Sequence record: OQ411014.1
DNA: 64,000 nucleotides
Source: Escherichia phage EJP2
Strand: one strand, 5' to 3'
The notes beneath the pieces are model-generated. The model had not been told where the DNA came from. It saw only the letters and a list, made by a program, of their open reading frames with translations, and did no database searches. The translations under genes were made by a program, and so were the position numbers. How positions within the stretch are numbered: position 1 is the stretch's first letter; each line of letters begins with the position of its first letter. Shown in pieces: positions 43,054 through 52,986 of this stretch.

Positions 43054-44538
43054 ATGAGTAATATTTGTAAGCTAACGCTTCAGGATGAAGTGAATTGTAA
43101 ATTTGAAGAGTTACCTATACAAGTTCGTAATGAGATGGTGAAAGCCGTCTCATACGTGCTACCGTATGCTAAATTCACCCCAGCAGGTCGTTTAGGACGT
43201 TGGGATGGTAAAGTAAACTTTATGAACTTAGGTGGTAGTACTTATTACCATATGCTTGATAAGTTACTACCAATCCTTGAGAAACATAACATTAGTATTG
43301 ACTTGGAAGATCAACGTATCCAACACAACTTCGAGTTCGACGAAATTGATGAGAATCTTTTCAGTTATGTTGAATTTGGTGCAGGTCACCACATGGAAGG
43401 TAAAAGTGTTGTTCTTCGTGAACACCAAGTGAACGCAATCAATGAATGTCTACGCAATCCGCATGGTCTATTGTTAGCTAGTACATCTTCTGGTAAGACA
43501 CTTATTACTGCTGGGCTATCGAAGTGCGTAGAAAAGTATGGACGTAGTATCATCATCGTTCCAAGTACTGACCTAGTACAGCAAACGTATAATGACTATG
43601 AAATGGTTGGATTAGATGCTGGTGTATTCTATGGTGATAAGAAAGAGTTGGGACACCAACACACTATCACAACATGGCAATCATTGAACTCTCTTTGGAA
43701 ACAAACCAAAAAGAATGAAATCCAACTGTCTGAACAAGACATTCATGACTTTATTGATGGTGTCGTATGTGTAATGGTCGATGAAGCCCACACAGCAGCA
43801 GCAGAAGCTCTACAATCAGTACTGGGACAAGTAATGAAGGATATCCCACTACGTTGGGGTCTAACTGGTACTATCCCTAAAGACCCAGTAGTAGCGGCTA
43901 AGATACGTTGTAATGTTGGTGATGTAATCTATACTATTACTGCAAAAGAACTACAAGATAAGAAAATTCTTAGTACTTGTAATGTAAACTGTATCAAACT
44001 AAAAAGTACTTTGAAGTTCGCAACATATCCAGAAGAGATGAAATATCTTGTAACTGACCGTGAGCGAATGGCGTACATTGCACAACTCATTTCTGCAATA
44101 TCCAGTTCAGGTAATACCTTGGTGCTGGTGGATAGACTTGAGGCAGGTGAACTACTTTGTGAGTTCTTGGGGATTCCCAAATCAGAATTCGTTCGAGGAC
44201 AAACTAAGAAGAAAGACCGCGAAGCATCGTATGGTGAGATTCGCTGGGCTGATAACCAAATACTGATTGCAACGTATGGTGTAGCGAGTACAGGTATTAG
44301 TATTTCACGTTTATACAATGTAGTACTGATTGAGCCAGGAAAGAGTTTCGTTCGTACCATCCAGTCCATTGGGCGTGGTTTGCGTCGTGCTGAAGATAAA
44401 GACCACGTAGAGATTTACGATATCAGTGGGTCTAACAAATACTCTGCTAAACACTCCAGAGAACGCATCGCGTACTATGAAGAAGTTCAGTACCCGTATA
44501 CAAAATTGGATGTAAAAGATTGGCAACAAAAAATGTGA
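43054..44538 (+). CDS. Superfamily 2 DEAH-box DNA helicase (UvsW-like)
   Basis: Motif I ASTSSGKT, motif II MVDEAHTAAA, C-terminal helicase motifs GRGLRR. Confidence 0.65.
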   Translation: MSNICKLTLQDEVNCKFEELPIQVRNEMVKAVSYVLPYAKFTPAGRLGRWDGKVNFMNLGGSTYYHMLDKLLPILEKHNISIDLEDQRIQHNFEFDEIDENLFSYVEFGAGHHMEGKSVVLREHQVNAINECLRNPHGLLLASTSSGKTLITAGLSKCVEKYGRSIIIVPSTDLVQQTYNDYEMVGLDAGVFYGDKKELGHQHTITTWQSLNSLWKQTKKNEIQLSEQDIHDFIDGVVCVMVDEAHTAAAEALQSVLGQVMKDIPLRWGLTGTIPKDPVVAAKIRCNVGDVIYTITAKELQDKKILSTCNVNCIKLKSTLKFATYPEEMKYLVTDRERMAYIAQLISAISSSGNTLVLVDRLEAGELLCEFLGIPKSEFVRGQTKKKDREASYGEIRWADNQILIATYGVASTGISISRLYNVVLIEPGKSFVRTIQSIGRGLRRAEDKDHVEIYDISGSNKYSAKHSRERIAYYEEVQYPYTKLDVKDWQQKM

Positions 44539-44551
44539 TAAAACGTATTTT

Positions 44552-44562
44552 TGTGATATAAT
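44552..44562 (+). promoter_or_regulatory. Early-type promoter TGTGATATAAT
   Basis: Exact box about 40 nt before the 44601 start. Confidence 0.55.
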
Positions 44563-44600
44563 CAGATGTGTTGATAAACAAAATAAAAGGAATTATATAA

Positions 44601-45038
44601 ATGGAACTTAGATCTAGCATTGCATTCATCGCTGACCAGAAGACACTAGACGTATTAGATGTGTTTTTGAATGACGATTCTATTATGGATGATATGGTAT
44701 CCTCAATTGATTACATTCAAGAGTTAGAACGTGCAGACACTAACGTCTGGCGTTGTAACACCAACGGTGATGAATGGGTCAACATCTATGAATTACAAGA
44801 GCGTATTGCAGCTAAGGATGAATCTCTAAAGTTTGATATCATCTATGCCAGTACTGATGCTAAGACGTTCATTGACGTGATTAGTATTAGTGGCAACTTC
44901 GATTCGTATGTAGATACTGATTTAGACAAAGTACAAGAACTATGTGAAACCTATGGTTTGGAGTTTTACGGTGCAGACGAAGTAGAAGATTACTACTACG
45001 ATGATGAAGAAGAATCTGAAGATGATGAGTACTACTAA
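44601..45038 (+). CDS. Highly acidic small protein (145 aa), early-expressed
   Basis: Strongly D/E-rich, C-terminus YYYDDEEESEDDEYY; first gene after an early promoter. Confidence 0.5.
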   Translation: MELRSSIAFIADQKTLDVLDVFLNDDSIMDDMVSSIDYIQELERADTNVWRCNTNGDEWVNIYELQERIAAKDESLKFDIIYASTDAKTFIDVISISGNFDSYVDTDLDKVQELCETYGLEFYGADEVEDYYYDDEEESEDDEYY

Positions 45039-45049
45039 GGAGAAATGAG

Positions 45050-45553
45050 ATGAAAGTATTGACACCAGAAAATAAAACATTCGATATTGATATGGTTACT
45101 GACTGTATTCCAGAAGAGATGTTCTGTGTATTGGATTTGAGTGAGTATGGGGATTCAGATTTCTATTTCAAACATATCCTACACACTGTATCATTCAACA
45201 GTATCAGTGTGGATTTACAAATTGGTGATCGAGTGGTTCAAATCCCACTAGGTTGGCAGATTCTTCTAGGTGATGAAGAAACTGGTATGATTGAGATGTG
45301 CACTATCGAGAACCTTTTGAATATGAAAGATCCACTCGCTTATGTATACAATCCGATTCGTTCTATGTATGCTAAGTTTGAACCAATCAAAGTACTGCAA
45401 GTATATACTCTAACGCAGAAATGGCAGATTCCGTACCTACAGAAAAAGAACCTACTGTGTGTACCACTGCAATCAGGCTCTAATCCTCCGTGTGCATTCT
45501 TTGCGGATGAGAACGAGAAAATTCAAGATTTATATTTAGGAATTGGTGAGTAA
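45050..45553 (+). CDS. Hypothetical protein (167 aa)
   Basis: ORF with GGAGA RBS. Confidence 0.5.
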   Translation: MKVLTPENKTFDIDMVTDCIPEEMFCVLDLSEYGDSDFYFKHILHTVSFNSISVDLQIGDRVVQIPLGWQILLGDEETGMIEMCTIENLLNMKDPLAYVYNPIRSMYAKFEPIKVLQVYTLTQKWQIPYLQKKNLLCVPLQSGSNPPCAFFADENEKIQDLYLGIGE

Positions 45554-45554
45554 C

Positions 45555-46403
45555 ATGTTTGATTTCAGTACAACTAAAAAATCTTCAGAAGAAATAGAAC
45601 TGACCAAAGAAAGTAATATCAAACTGGACATGAACAATCTGTTAGCTAAGATTGATACAGCAGATTACAAATATTATGATTCACTCACTGATAAGGAGAA
45701 GAAGCACTTCACGCCTTATACAGTACTAAGGTGGGTGAGTTCACTTGATGACAGTATGCTCGTAACCTATGGTGCGAAGCGTGTTGAGGATATTTTTGGT
45801 AAGTGGAGTGCTGGTGGTAAAGAAGCACTAAACGAGCTACGTACTGAACTTCAATCTGCTGGCATCAATATCATCAGCATTGCAAAATATGAACACGGGA
45901 AATATGACTGGCGAATTAAGTTCGCCGTCCCGAACAAAGAAACTGCTGATAATCTAATGGAAGCTATGAAAGAGTTCACAATCACTGGCGGTGAAATCAT
46001 CTCTTTGATTGATAGTCTAACTGCTAAGTATCATTTGATTATGTTGAATGACATGGTGAATGATGGTTTCTGGAGTCTCAAGGAACACCCTGAGTTGGTA
46101 TATCAGTTATTATGTTCAGTATCTGATATGGTTGGGGCAGAGAAGCGAGCACACACATGGCTTCCTTTCCCAAAAGGTCTAAAAAACGTTGACAAAACCA
46201 TCTTTGAGATTATAAAATCTACACAAACTGGATTGACAGCAAACCAACTCACCGAAGAAGAGTATAAGATTTTGTTGTCAGGTTACAATAAGAGTTCTTT
46301 TACAGAGTTGCTTGATGAGATGGGATATCAAGAATCTGAGAAGAAAAGTACATTGAAACAATTCAAATCGGAATGTGAGAAATATGACCAGAGCTACAAG
46401 TAA
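45555..46403 (+). CDS. Hypothetical protein (about 282 aa)
   Basis: ATG 45555 preceded by GGTGAG; the track start 45543 is TTG. Confidence 0.5.
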   Translation: MFDFSTTKKSSEEIELTKESNIKLDMNNLLAKIDTADYKYYDSLTDKEKKHFTPYTVLRWVSSLDDSMLVTYGAKRVEDIFGKWSAGGKEALNELRTELQSAGINIISIAKYEHGKYDWRIKFAVPNKETADNLMEAMKEFTITGGEIISLIDSLTAKYHLIMLNDMVNDGFWSLKEHPELVYQLLCSVSDMVGAEKRAHTWLPFPKGLKNVDKTIFEIIKSTQTGLTANQLTEEEYKILLSGYNKSSFTELLDEMGYQESEKKSTLKQFKSECEKYDQSYK

Positions 46404-47094
46404 GAGCACAGATTTTCAATGTTGTTTCTGTGATAAGAAATTCAAACGTGAAGAAACAATTCTTACTCATAAATGCACTAAACGCGACCGATACAATGAC
46501 CGAGACTCCCGCCAAATGCGGGAGGCTTTTCGTATCTATATGCATTTTATGACTTTCAACCGTATGAGCATTAAAAAAGGCGTAGAGCCTTTAATGCATT
46601 TCATCAAGTCCAAGTACTTCAATGAGTTCTATGATCTTGCGGGGTATGTACTACAAACTGACATACTAAACAAAGAAGATTTCATAACTAATATTATAAG
46701 TACTGGAAAAAAGGTATATGAATGGACTACCACAAAAACTCTAACAGAGTGGACTATTCAATGTATCAAGAATGAACACCCTACATATGCTGTAGAAAGA
46801 TCCATCCCTGCCTTAGTTGAATGGGGAGCATTGAATGAATGTGAATGGAACACTTTCTTTGCAAATGTTAGTACTGAACGTGCGATTCGTTGGCTTGAGA
46901 CAGGAAAGATCTCACCTTGGTTGATCTATACTGCTGCCCCTGAGAGTGGGAATAAACTATTATCGCGTTTTTCGGACACTGAATTGGATTACATTTACCA
47001 GTATATTGAACCTACGTTCTTCACTCGTAAGATGATCAAATACGATGCCGAGTGTAAACGTATTCGTGAATTACTGACAGGAGCCGGATTATGA
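46375..47094 (+). CDS. Hypothetical protein with N-terminal Cys/His zinc-finger-like motif
   Basis: FQCCFCDKKFKREETILTHKCT; start uncertain (46375 or 46384); overlaps the upstream gene. Confidence 0.45.
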   Translation: MRNMTRATSKSTDFQCCFCDKKFKREETILTHKCTKRDRYNDRDSRQMREAFRIYMHFMTFNRMSIKKGVEPLMHFIKSKYFNEFYDLAGYVLQTDILNKEDFITNIISTGKKVYEWTTTKTLTEWTIQCIKNEHPTYAVERSIPALVEWGALNECEWNTFFANVSTERAIRWLETGKISPWLIYTAAPESGNKLLSRFSDTELDYIYQYIEPTFFTRKMIKYDAECKRIRELLTGAGL

Positions 47095-47462
47095 CGAATA
47101 TCTATAACAAAACACCAAGCAATAAAAACCTTGATGCAGAAGCAGAACAGATGTATGATACAATGAACAATGTGAAGAAAGAAAAATCACAATCACCAAT
47201 TGTAAAGAGTGTTGGTCGCGTAACTGAGATAACTTTAGGTGATTCGAAGTTTTCAGTGCATGATCCAGTACGGATTGAAAATATCATCAAGTTAGCAGAG
47301 AAGCACGAATCCAGCATTACGCAAATTCGTCAATCTATTCGGTCAACGAATCTGGTTATAAAACAACTTCAACAGAGAGTTGGTTCGTTGGAATCTGAAC
47401 TGAAAGCTATAAAGGACAAATTGAACAATGGATATCAAAACGGATACGGCAGTTCATTATAA
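47091..47462 (+). CDS. Hypothetical coiled-coil protein (123 aa)
   Basis: Heptad-like C-terminal region (KQLQQRVGSLESELKAIKDKL). Confidence 0.45.
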   Translation: MTNIYNKTPSNKNLDAEAEQMYDTMNNVKKEKSQSPIVKSVGRVTEITLGDSKFSVHDPVRIENIIKLAEKHESSITQIRQSIRSTNLVIKQLQQRVGSLESELKAIKDKLNNGYQNGYGSSL

Positions 47463-48072
47463 GAAAGCACGAACAGATATTGACATTGACTTTAAAGATG
47501 CTAAGTCTGTTATCGCACAATTGCCGTGTATTAGAAGTACTGAAAAGATTACTGAAGATGGATTGATGGTTCATAATAGTGGTGTTCATTTTGATAACAT
47601 ACCATTTGATCCTGTGAGTGGGTTAGCTAGTATTCAATACAAAGAAGCAGAAAGGTTAGGATATCAAAAGGTCGATATTCTATCACAATCTGCTTATGTA
47701 CACGTTCGAGACAGAGAACATTTGAAAGAGCTAATGGCACGCGAGCCTGATTGGGGGTTATTACTTGAACCTGAGATTGTAAACGAACTCTCACAAATCA
47801 AGAAGCACCTCACATTGCTAACCGTATGGAAACCTTCTTCCATTGATGAATTAGCTATGTTCCTTGCAATGATTCGCCCTGGTAAAAGGAAGTGTCAAAG
47901 TATGAATAGTTGGGATGAAGTAAAAGGGACTGTTTGGGATTATAGTACAATTGAGTTGAACGGTGAAGGTAAGAAACTACCATACTTCAAGAAGCCCCAT
48001 GCTTATGCATACAGCTTGATGATTGTAGTCCAACTAAATGCTCTAGTTGAGCATCTTATTTCTTCTTCTTGA
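47428..48072 (+). CDS. Hypothetical protein (214 aa)
   Basis: ORF overlapping its upstream neighbour; no motif recognised. Confidence 0.45.
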   Translation: MDIKTDTAVHYKKARTDIDIDFKDAKSVIAQLPCIRSTEKITEDGLMVHNSGVHFDNIPFDPVSGLASIQYKEAERLGYQKVDILSQSAYVHVRDREHLKELMAREPDWGLLLEPEIVNELSQIKKHLTLLTVWKPSSIDELAMFLAMIRPGKRKCQSMNSWDEVKGTVWDYSTIELNGEGKKLPYFKKPHAYAYSLMIVVQLNALVEHLISSS

Positions 48073-48409
48073 GAGCAACATTCCGACGCTTGATACGTTT
48101 TGTAGGGATATTACTGAGAGAGATAACTGGTCCAGAAACAAAGTTTATGGTATCGGTATTAAATCTCTTAGTGTATCCTTCAAAAATTTCCATTTCTTCA
48201 CGTAAGAAAATACATACTGGAATAGAACGATTGCTTTGTTCCCACCAGTATTTTGCAAGACTAAGAAGTTCTTCTTGCTGAGACTCATCCATCATCTGGA
48301 AACAATACATAGTACTGTACTGTTTGCTTTTGATTTTGATGATTCCGTAGTAAGTGATACCGTCATGCTCAAGTACGGTCACGTAAGGGTAAGTTTTGTG
48401 ATTGTTCAT
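48056..48409 (-). CDS. Hypothetical protein (117 aa), isolated minus-strand gene with basic C-terminus
   Basis: Only minus-strand ORF in a long plus-strand block; C-terminus RIKRRNVALKKKK; 3' ends overlap convergently. Confidence 0.4.
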   Translation of the reverse strand: MNNHKTYPYVTVLEHDGITYYGIIKIKSKQYSTMYCFQMMDESQQEELLSLAKYWWEQSNRSIPVCIFLREEMEIFEGYTKRFNTDTINFVSGPVISLSNIPTKRIKRRNVALKKKK

Positions 48410-48462
48410 AGCACTTCCATAAATATTATATAATTAATACAAAGTATTTATAGGGAAAAATA

Positions 48463-49434
48463 ATGGCACATCATGGCTTATATATGTATCCGTGGAACAA
48501 CGAAGTATCATTAGGCAACTTCAACATGCCTTACAATAATGAGAATATCGTAATTTATCGCGGTGCTAACAACACATTGTCCTTCACTGTACATAACGCT
48601 GATGGAAAATACACCTTACTTAAAGATAACCAGTACTTAGTGTTCAGTATCTTTGATGCAAGAAATAACACTAAAATATTTGATACTACTTTGGAAAAAG
48701 TACAACCATCTTGGGTTTCTGAATCTGGACAAGCCAGACAAACTCTAGGTAATAAGAAAAAAGTTTACTACGGATGTTTAGTACCAGCAGGTGTCATACA
48801 AGATTTGAGTCCTGGTTCGAAGTACCGCTGGAGTATCATCAAAGTAACTATGGATGGATCTTTAATTGAACCAACTGAATACTTGTACACTGGTTTGGAT
48901 TATGAAGCTAGTGCTGAGTTGATTGTAAAAGACACTGCATCCCCTGCATTTGTTCCATCACAAGAGATTAGTGACAAACATAATTCCAGTTGGCTACCAA
49001 TCAAACACCCAGAGCGTGAACCTATTGCGAATGGTATCAAAGGTGATTTTGAAGTTCTTCATTCATCATCTATTCGTGCAGGTTGCCAATATGGTCTAGT
49101 TGAAGGATTGAGTACTATTGCCTTTTACTTTAAAAATTTCGTAGGTAGAATCCAGCTACAAGGTTGCTTGGCTAACAATAGCCCAATGGATTCTGAAAAC
49201 TACAAATGGTTCATCATTAAGTTAGATGACAAAGAGTACATTGAAAGTGGATTCGATGAGAATGGAATACCAAAAACAATTGATGGAATTCAACCATTTA
49301 ACTTCCGTGGTAACTTCATGTGGTTGCGGGTTGTGTGTGTCATACCACCAGTAGTTAGAAACTATCCACCTAATGAAGTAGTGAAGTTGTACGAACCACT
49401 GTTAACCGTTCCTAAAATTTTAATTCGACGATAA
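48463..49434 (+). CDS. Hypothetical protein (323 aa), possibly structural
   Basis: Beta-rich composition; AGGGAAAAATA upstream of ATG. Confidence 0.45.
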   Translation: MAHHGLYMYPWNNEVSLGNFNMPYNNENIVIYRGANNTLSFTVHNADGKYTLLKDNQYLVFSIFDARNNTKIFDTTLEKVQPSWVSESGQARQTLGNKKKVYYGCLVPAGVIQDLSPGSKYRWSIIKVTMDGSLIEPTEYLYTGLDYEASAELIVKDTASPAFVPSQEISDKHNSSWLPIKHPEREPIANGIKGDFEVLHSSSIRAGCQYGLVEGLSTIAFYFKNFVGRIQLQGCLANNSPMDSENYKWFIIKLDDKEYIESGFDENGIPKTIDGIQPFNFRGNFMWLRVVCVIPPVVRNYPPNEVVKLYEPLLTVPKILIRR

Positions 49435-49453
49435 TTGAGACATAATGGAAAAG

Positions 49454-49464
49454 TGTGATATAAT
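49454..49464 (+). promoter_or_regulatory. Early-type promoter TGTGATATAAT
   Basis: Exact box overlapping the track ORF start at 49445, which argues that the primase starts further downstream. Confidence 0.5.
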
Positions 49465-49492
49465 CGTTGATACGAAACATGAGGATAGCACA

Positions 49493-50539
49493 ATGAATCC
49501 AGTACAAATTATTATGGCGACAGTCATGAATGATCCAGTACCAGCATTAGGGGTCTGGAAGTCATACAACTGTCCAGCATGTGTTTATCGTGGTCAGTCC
49601 AGACCGGATGTTCGTCATCGCGGTAATCACATGTTTACGAACGAAGGTTCTGTAATCTACAACTGTTATAACTGTCACTTAAAGACAGGTTGGAGTCCTG
49701 GAAAATATATGAGCAAAGATATGGCATCTTTGCTCTCTTATTTTGGGATATCCCAGAAATCACAAACCGAACTTGACTTTTATATAAAAGAGATGGTTGA
49801 AAGTGGTGATTTCAATCAACAAGAAGAAACAGCAGCACAACGCTTATATCAGCGTATAACGAAACGAGAGTTTCCAAAAGGTACTAAGTCTTTCTTAGAT
49901 TGGGTGAATGAAGAAACAATCCCAAATGAGTTTCTTAGTGTCTTGAATGAAGTAAATGGAAGAAACCCGTACTTACTCGATTTGGATTTATATTGGAGTC
50001 CGTCGAAAGAGAACCGGATGTATGACAGATTTATTATTCCATATTACATGAACGGTCAGCTTGTCGGCTATACTGCTCGACATAAAGATTTGTCCAGTTC
50101 AATGAGATATGTGAACCATGTTAGTACTTCATTGTTGTATAACTTTGATTTACTGAACGATCCAAATATCAAAACAGTACTAGTAGCTGAAGGGCCAATA
50201 GATGCAGCATTGATGGGAGGTGTTTCAGCTAACAACTACTATCTTGGTGCAGCCCAAATTGAAGTACTATTGGCAGCGAAAGAACGAGGAAAACGTATTG
50301 TAATAGTTCCAGACCGAGATAAGGATGGTCTAGTTACAATAGAACAAGCGATAGAGTTAGGATTCTCTGTATCATTCCCTGATTATGGAACAGTACGAGA
50401 TTCTAAAGGTATCAGATATATAAAAGATTTCGATGAAGCATGTGCAAAGTACGGACGATTATTTTGCATTCAAATGATTCACTCCAGTATCGTGGATGAA
50501 GCATTCTATATTCGAGCACAGTCAGACAAATGGATTTGA
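49493..50539 (+). CDS. DNA primase (T4 gp61-like; zinc ribbon plus TOPRIM)
   Basis: CPAC...C..C zinc-binding region, then TOPRIM-like LVAEGPIDAAL and VIVPDRDKDG; GAGGA RBS before ATG 49493. Confidence 0.7.
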   Translation: MNPVQIIMATVMNDPVPALGVWKSYNCPACVYRGQSRPDVRHRGNHMFTNEGSVIYNCYNCHLKTGWSPGKYMSKDMASLLSYFGISQKSQTELDFYIKEMVESGDFNQQEETAAQRLYQRITKREFPKGTKSFLDWVNEETIPNEFLSVLNEVNGRNPYLLDLDLYWSPSKENRMYDRFIIPYYMNGQLVGYTARHKDLSSSMRYVNHVSTSLLYNFDLLNDPNIKTVLVAEGPIDAALMGGVSANNYYLGAAQIEVLLAAKERGKRIVIVPDRDKDGLVTIEQAIELGFSVSFPDYGTVRDSKGIRYIKDFDEACAKYGRLFCIQMIHSSIVDEAFYIRAQSDKWI

Positions 50540-50550
50540 GGAAATAATAA

Positions 50551-52092
50551 ATGGTAAACACGGATGTAACCCAGTACAGTATTCAAGCACAAGAACGCCT
50601 ACTAGCAAAGATTCTTAGTAACCCAGAGTTGTATGTTCGTTGTAAAAACATTCTTCGTCCTGAGTACTTTGATAACGTATTCCGTAATAGTATTGAGTTC
50701 GTGAATGAATACGCAGTAAAATATAGTGAACTACCACCACTTGACGATATCAACTTCAAAGGTGGTATGGAATACAAACAAACTCCAGTATCAGATTTGC
50801 ACCAACAATCAGTACTGGACGATATCTCTGCATTCTGTCGTCATAAAGCACTAGCTTTGGCTGTACAGAAAGGAATGGAATTAGTACACCAAAAGAAATA
50901 TGGTGGTATTGAAGAACTAATTCGTGAAGCAATGCTAGTATCAGTACAGAACGAGTTAGGTCTGGACATTTACGAAGACCCAACATCTGTAATCAAATCA
51001 CTAGCTGATATGCAAGGTTCTTTCAAGAGTGGTTGGGATACTCTTGACTATAAATTATTTGGTGGCTTCGGTCGTCAAGAACTTGAAATCTTTGCAGCAG
51101 CATCTGGTGGTGGTAAGTCTGTAGTACTACAAAACTTAGCTGTGAACTTCTCCAAGTCAGGACTAAATGGTGCGTACATTTCTCTTGAACTTGCAAAAGA
51201 ACTTGTCGCTGTACGTATCTATGGTATGCTTATTGACAAGAAACAGCAGGAAGTAAAAACTGATATTGATAACACAGCACTACAGGTAAAGATTGAAGAG
51301 AAGACTAACGGTATGTTACGTATCCACCGTCTTCCAGAATCTGTCAGTACTACAAACGATATTGAAAGTTATCTACGTGAACTCCAGATCAAAACTGGTG
51401 TAAAACTAGATTACGTATGTGTGGACTACCTTGATCTACTAACATCTGACCGTTGTACTGCTCAAGATAAATCTAACGCATTCGTGAAAGATAAGTTCGT
51501 ATCGGAAGAACTACGTGCATTAGCAATGAAAATGGACATTACTGTTTTCACCGCTTGTCAGTTCAACCGTGATGGTGTAAAAGGTGAAGACAAGAAATCT
51601 TCTTCACAAATCGCTGGTGGTATTTCCAAAATCTATACTGCGGATAACGTAATCTTTATTGATGGTCGTAAAGACGTAGGTGAAATGTGGTTTGACTTCC
51701 AAAAAACTCGTAACAGTTCAGCAGTAGGTTCCCGTCTACGTATGTCTTATAACATGGATTCACTTCGTGTTCTTGACCATGCAATGACCGTTGAACAAAT
51801 GCAACAAGAAACATCATTCCAGCATAGTGGTAAAGTACGTATTGGTGGTGGTAATGTTTTATCTTCTCCATCTGCCCCGACTGCAATCCAACAATTGCAT
51901 AATTCTATGAAGAATGTAGTTCGTCCTCTTCAAGCACCTACCAGTACTGAAGAAGTTGTAGAAAGTACCGTTTCAGAAAGTACTACCGGTACTAATGAAC
52001 CTGCATATGCAAATACTGCACTAAATACTTCAAATACACCTTCCAATGGTCGTGTTGATAATATGAGGAAATTCTTACAGAATAGGAAATAA
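50551..52092 (+). CDS. Replicative DnaB-family helicase (T4 gp41-like)
   Basis: Walker A AAASGGGKSVVLQNLA; DnaB-like C-terminal RecA fold; adjacent to the primase. Confidence 0.8.
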   Translation: MVNTDVTQYSIQAQERLLAKILSNPELYVRCKNILRPEYFDNVFRNSIEFVNEYAVKYSELPPLDDINFKGGMEYKQTPVSDLHQQSVLDDISAFCRHKALALAVQKGMELVHQKKYGGIEELIREAMLVSVQNELGLDIYEDPTSVIKSLADMQGSFKSGWDTLDYKLFGGFGRQELEIFAAASGGGKSVVLQNLAVNFSKSGLNGAYISLELAKELVAVRIYGMLIDKKQQEVKTDIDNTALQVKIEEKTNGMLRIHRLPESVSTTNDIESYLRELQIKTGVKLDYVCVDYLDLLTSDRCTAQDKSNAFVKDKFVSEELRALAMKMDITVFTACQFNRDGVKGEDKKSSSQIAGGISKIYTADNVIFIDGRKDVGEMWFDFQKTRNSSAVGSRLRMSYNMDSLRVLDHAMTVEQMQQETSFQHSGKVRIGGGNVLSSPSAPTAIQQLHNSMKNVVRPLQAPTSTEEVVESTVSESTTGTNEPAYANTALNTSNTPSNGRVDNMRKFLQNRK

Positions 52093-52095
52093 AAG

Positions 52096-52362
52096 ATGTC
52101 CGGTAAACATAACCTACTTGATAGTATTATAAATTATGCTCCCGTAAAGGAAGATTTATATACTTTTAGTAATAGAGCCGATCACGCAATCAATGCTGTG
52201 ATAAATCTAATGGAAAGTATCGAATCAGATTTCAGTCCTGACGAAGCTGAAGATTTGAAAAAGCGTCTTTTCCTTAGTATCAAAAACCGCGACTATCGGA
52301 AGTTTCAACGTGGGCTAGAGAATATAGCCCTCAATGAAAAACGAAATTCAAGGGGCGAATAA
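52096..52362 (+). CDS. Small hypothetical protein (88 aa)
   Basis: ORF with RBS. Confidence 0.4.
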   Translation: MSGKHNLLDSIINYAPVKEDLYTFSNRADHAINAVINLMESIESDFSPDEAEDLKKRLFLSIKNRDYRKFQRGLENIALNEKRNSRGE

Positions 52363-52544
52363 TGTCAAAGAAAACTAAAAAATTGAAAGAGAATGCTTCT
52401 GCTGGTGCAACATCAGCAGGTGCAATCGCATCGGTTCCTACTGGTCTACATTACTCAATTCTAATGCGTATCCCAAAGAGTGATTTCTTCGGGTATTCTG
52501 AAGTTGATGAAACAGGTAAGAAAAAGACTAAAAAAGGAAAGTAA
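52362..52544 (+). CDS. Small basic hypothetical protein (60 aa)
   Basis: Lys-rich termini; start overlaps the upstream stop. Confidence 0.35.
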   Translation: MSKKTKKLKENASAGATSAGAIASVPTGLHYSILMRIPKSDFFGYSEVDETGKKKTKKGK

Positions 52545-52943
52545 ATGAAAGCCTACACATTCTATACAATACATACAGTTGTAGATATTGGTGATGGTAG
52601 TACTGCTACAATTGTGGACGGTAAGTTTACTGGTGCTATGAATTTGTCACGAATAGTTGAAGCCGTAATGGTTTACGACTATCCGATGATGGTAAGTGTT
52701 GTTCGGGATGAAGTTGATCTATCCAAAAGCAATAATAGTGAATTTTATGATTTACCTTCCTCATGGGGTAAATGTATTGTCAGTACTTTCAAATTCACTA
52801 TTCCAATGAACGTCACCATCAATCTAACTGGGATACCATTAGTATTACCATCAATAGTAAATGGTACACGTATTACTAAATTCAACGCAGCGTTGAGTAC
52901 GCGTAATATTAGTATTAGTAAACAGACACTTTGGTCTGCCTGA
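52545..52943 (+). CDS. Hypothetical protein (132 aa)
   Basis: ORF in an operon-like run. Confidence 0.45.
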   Translation: MKAYTFYTIHTVVDIGDGSTATIVDGKFTGAMNLSRIVEAVMVYDYPMMVSVVRDEVDLSKSNNSEFYDLPSSWGKCIVSTFKFTIPMNVTINLTGIPLVLPSIVNGTRITKFNAALSTRNISISKQTLWSA

Positions 52944-52986
52944 TAAATAATCAGGAATAAGAACACAGATTTCTTTTGGAGAGAAT

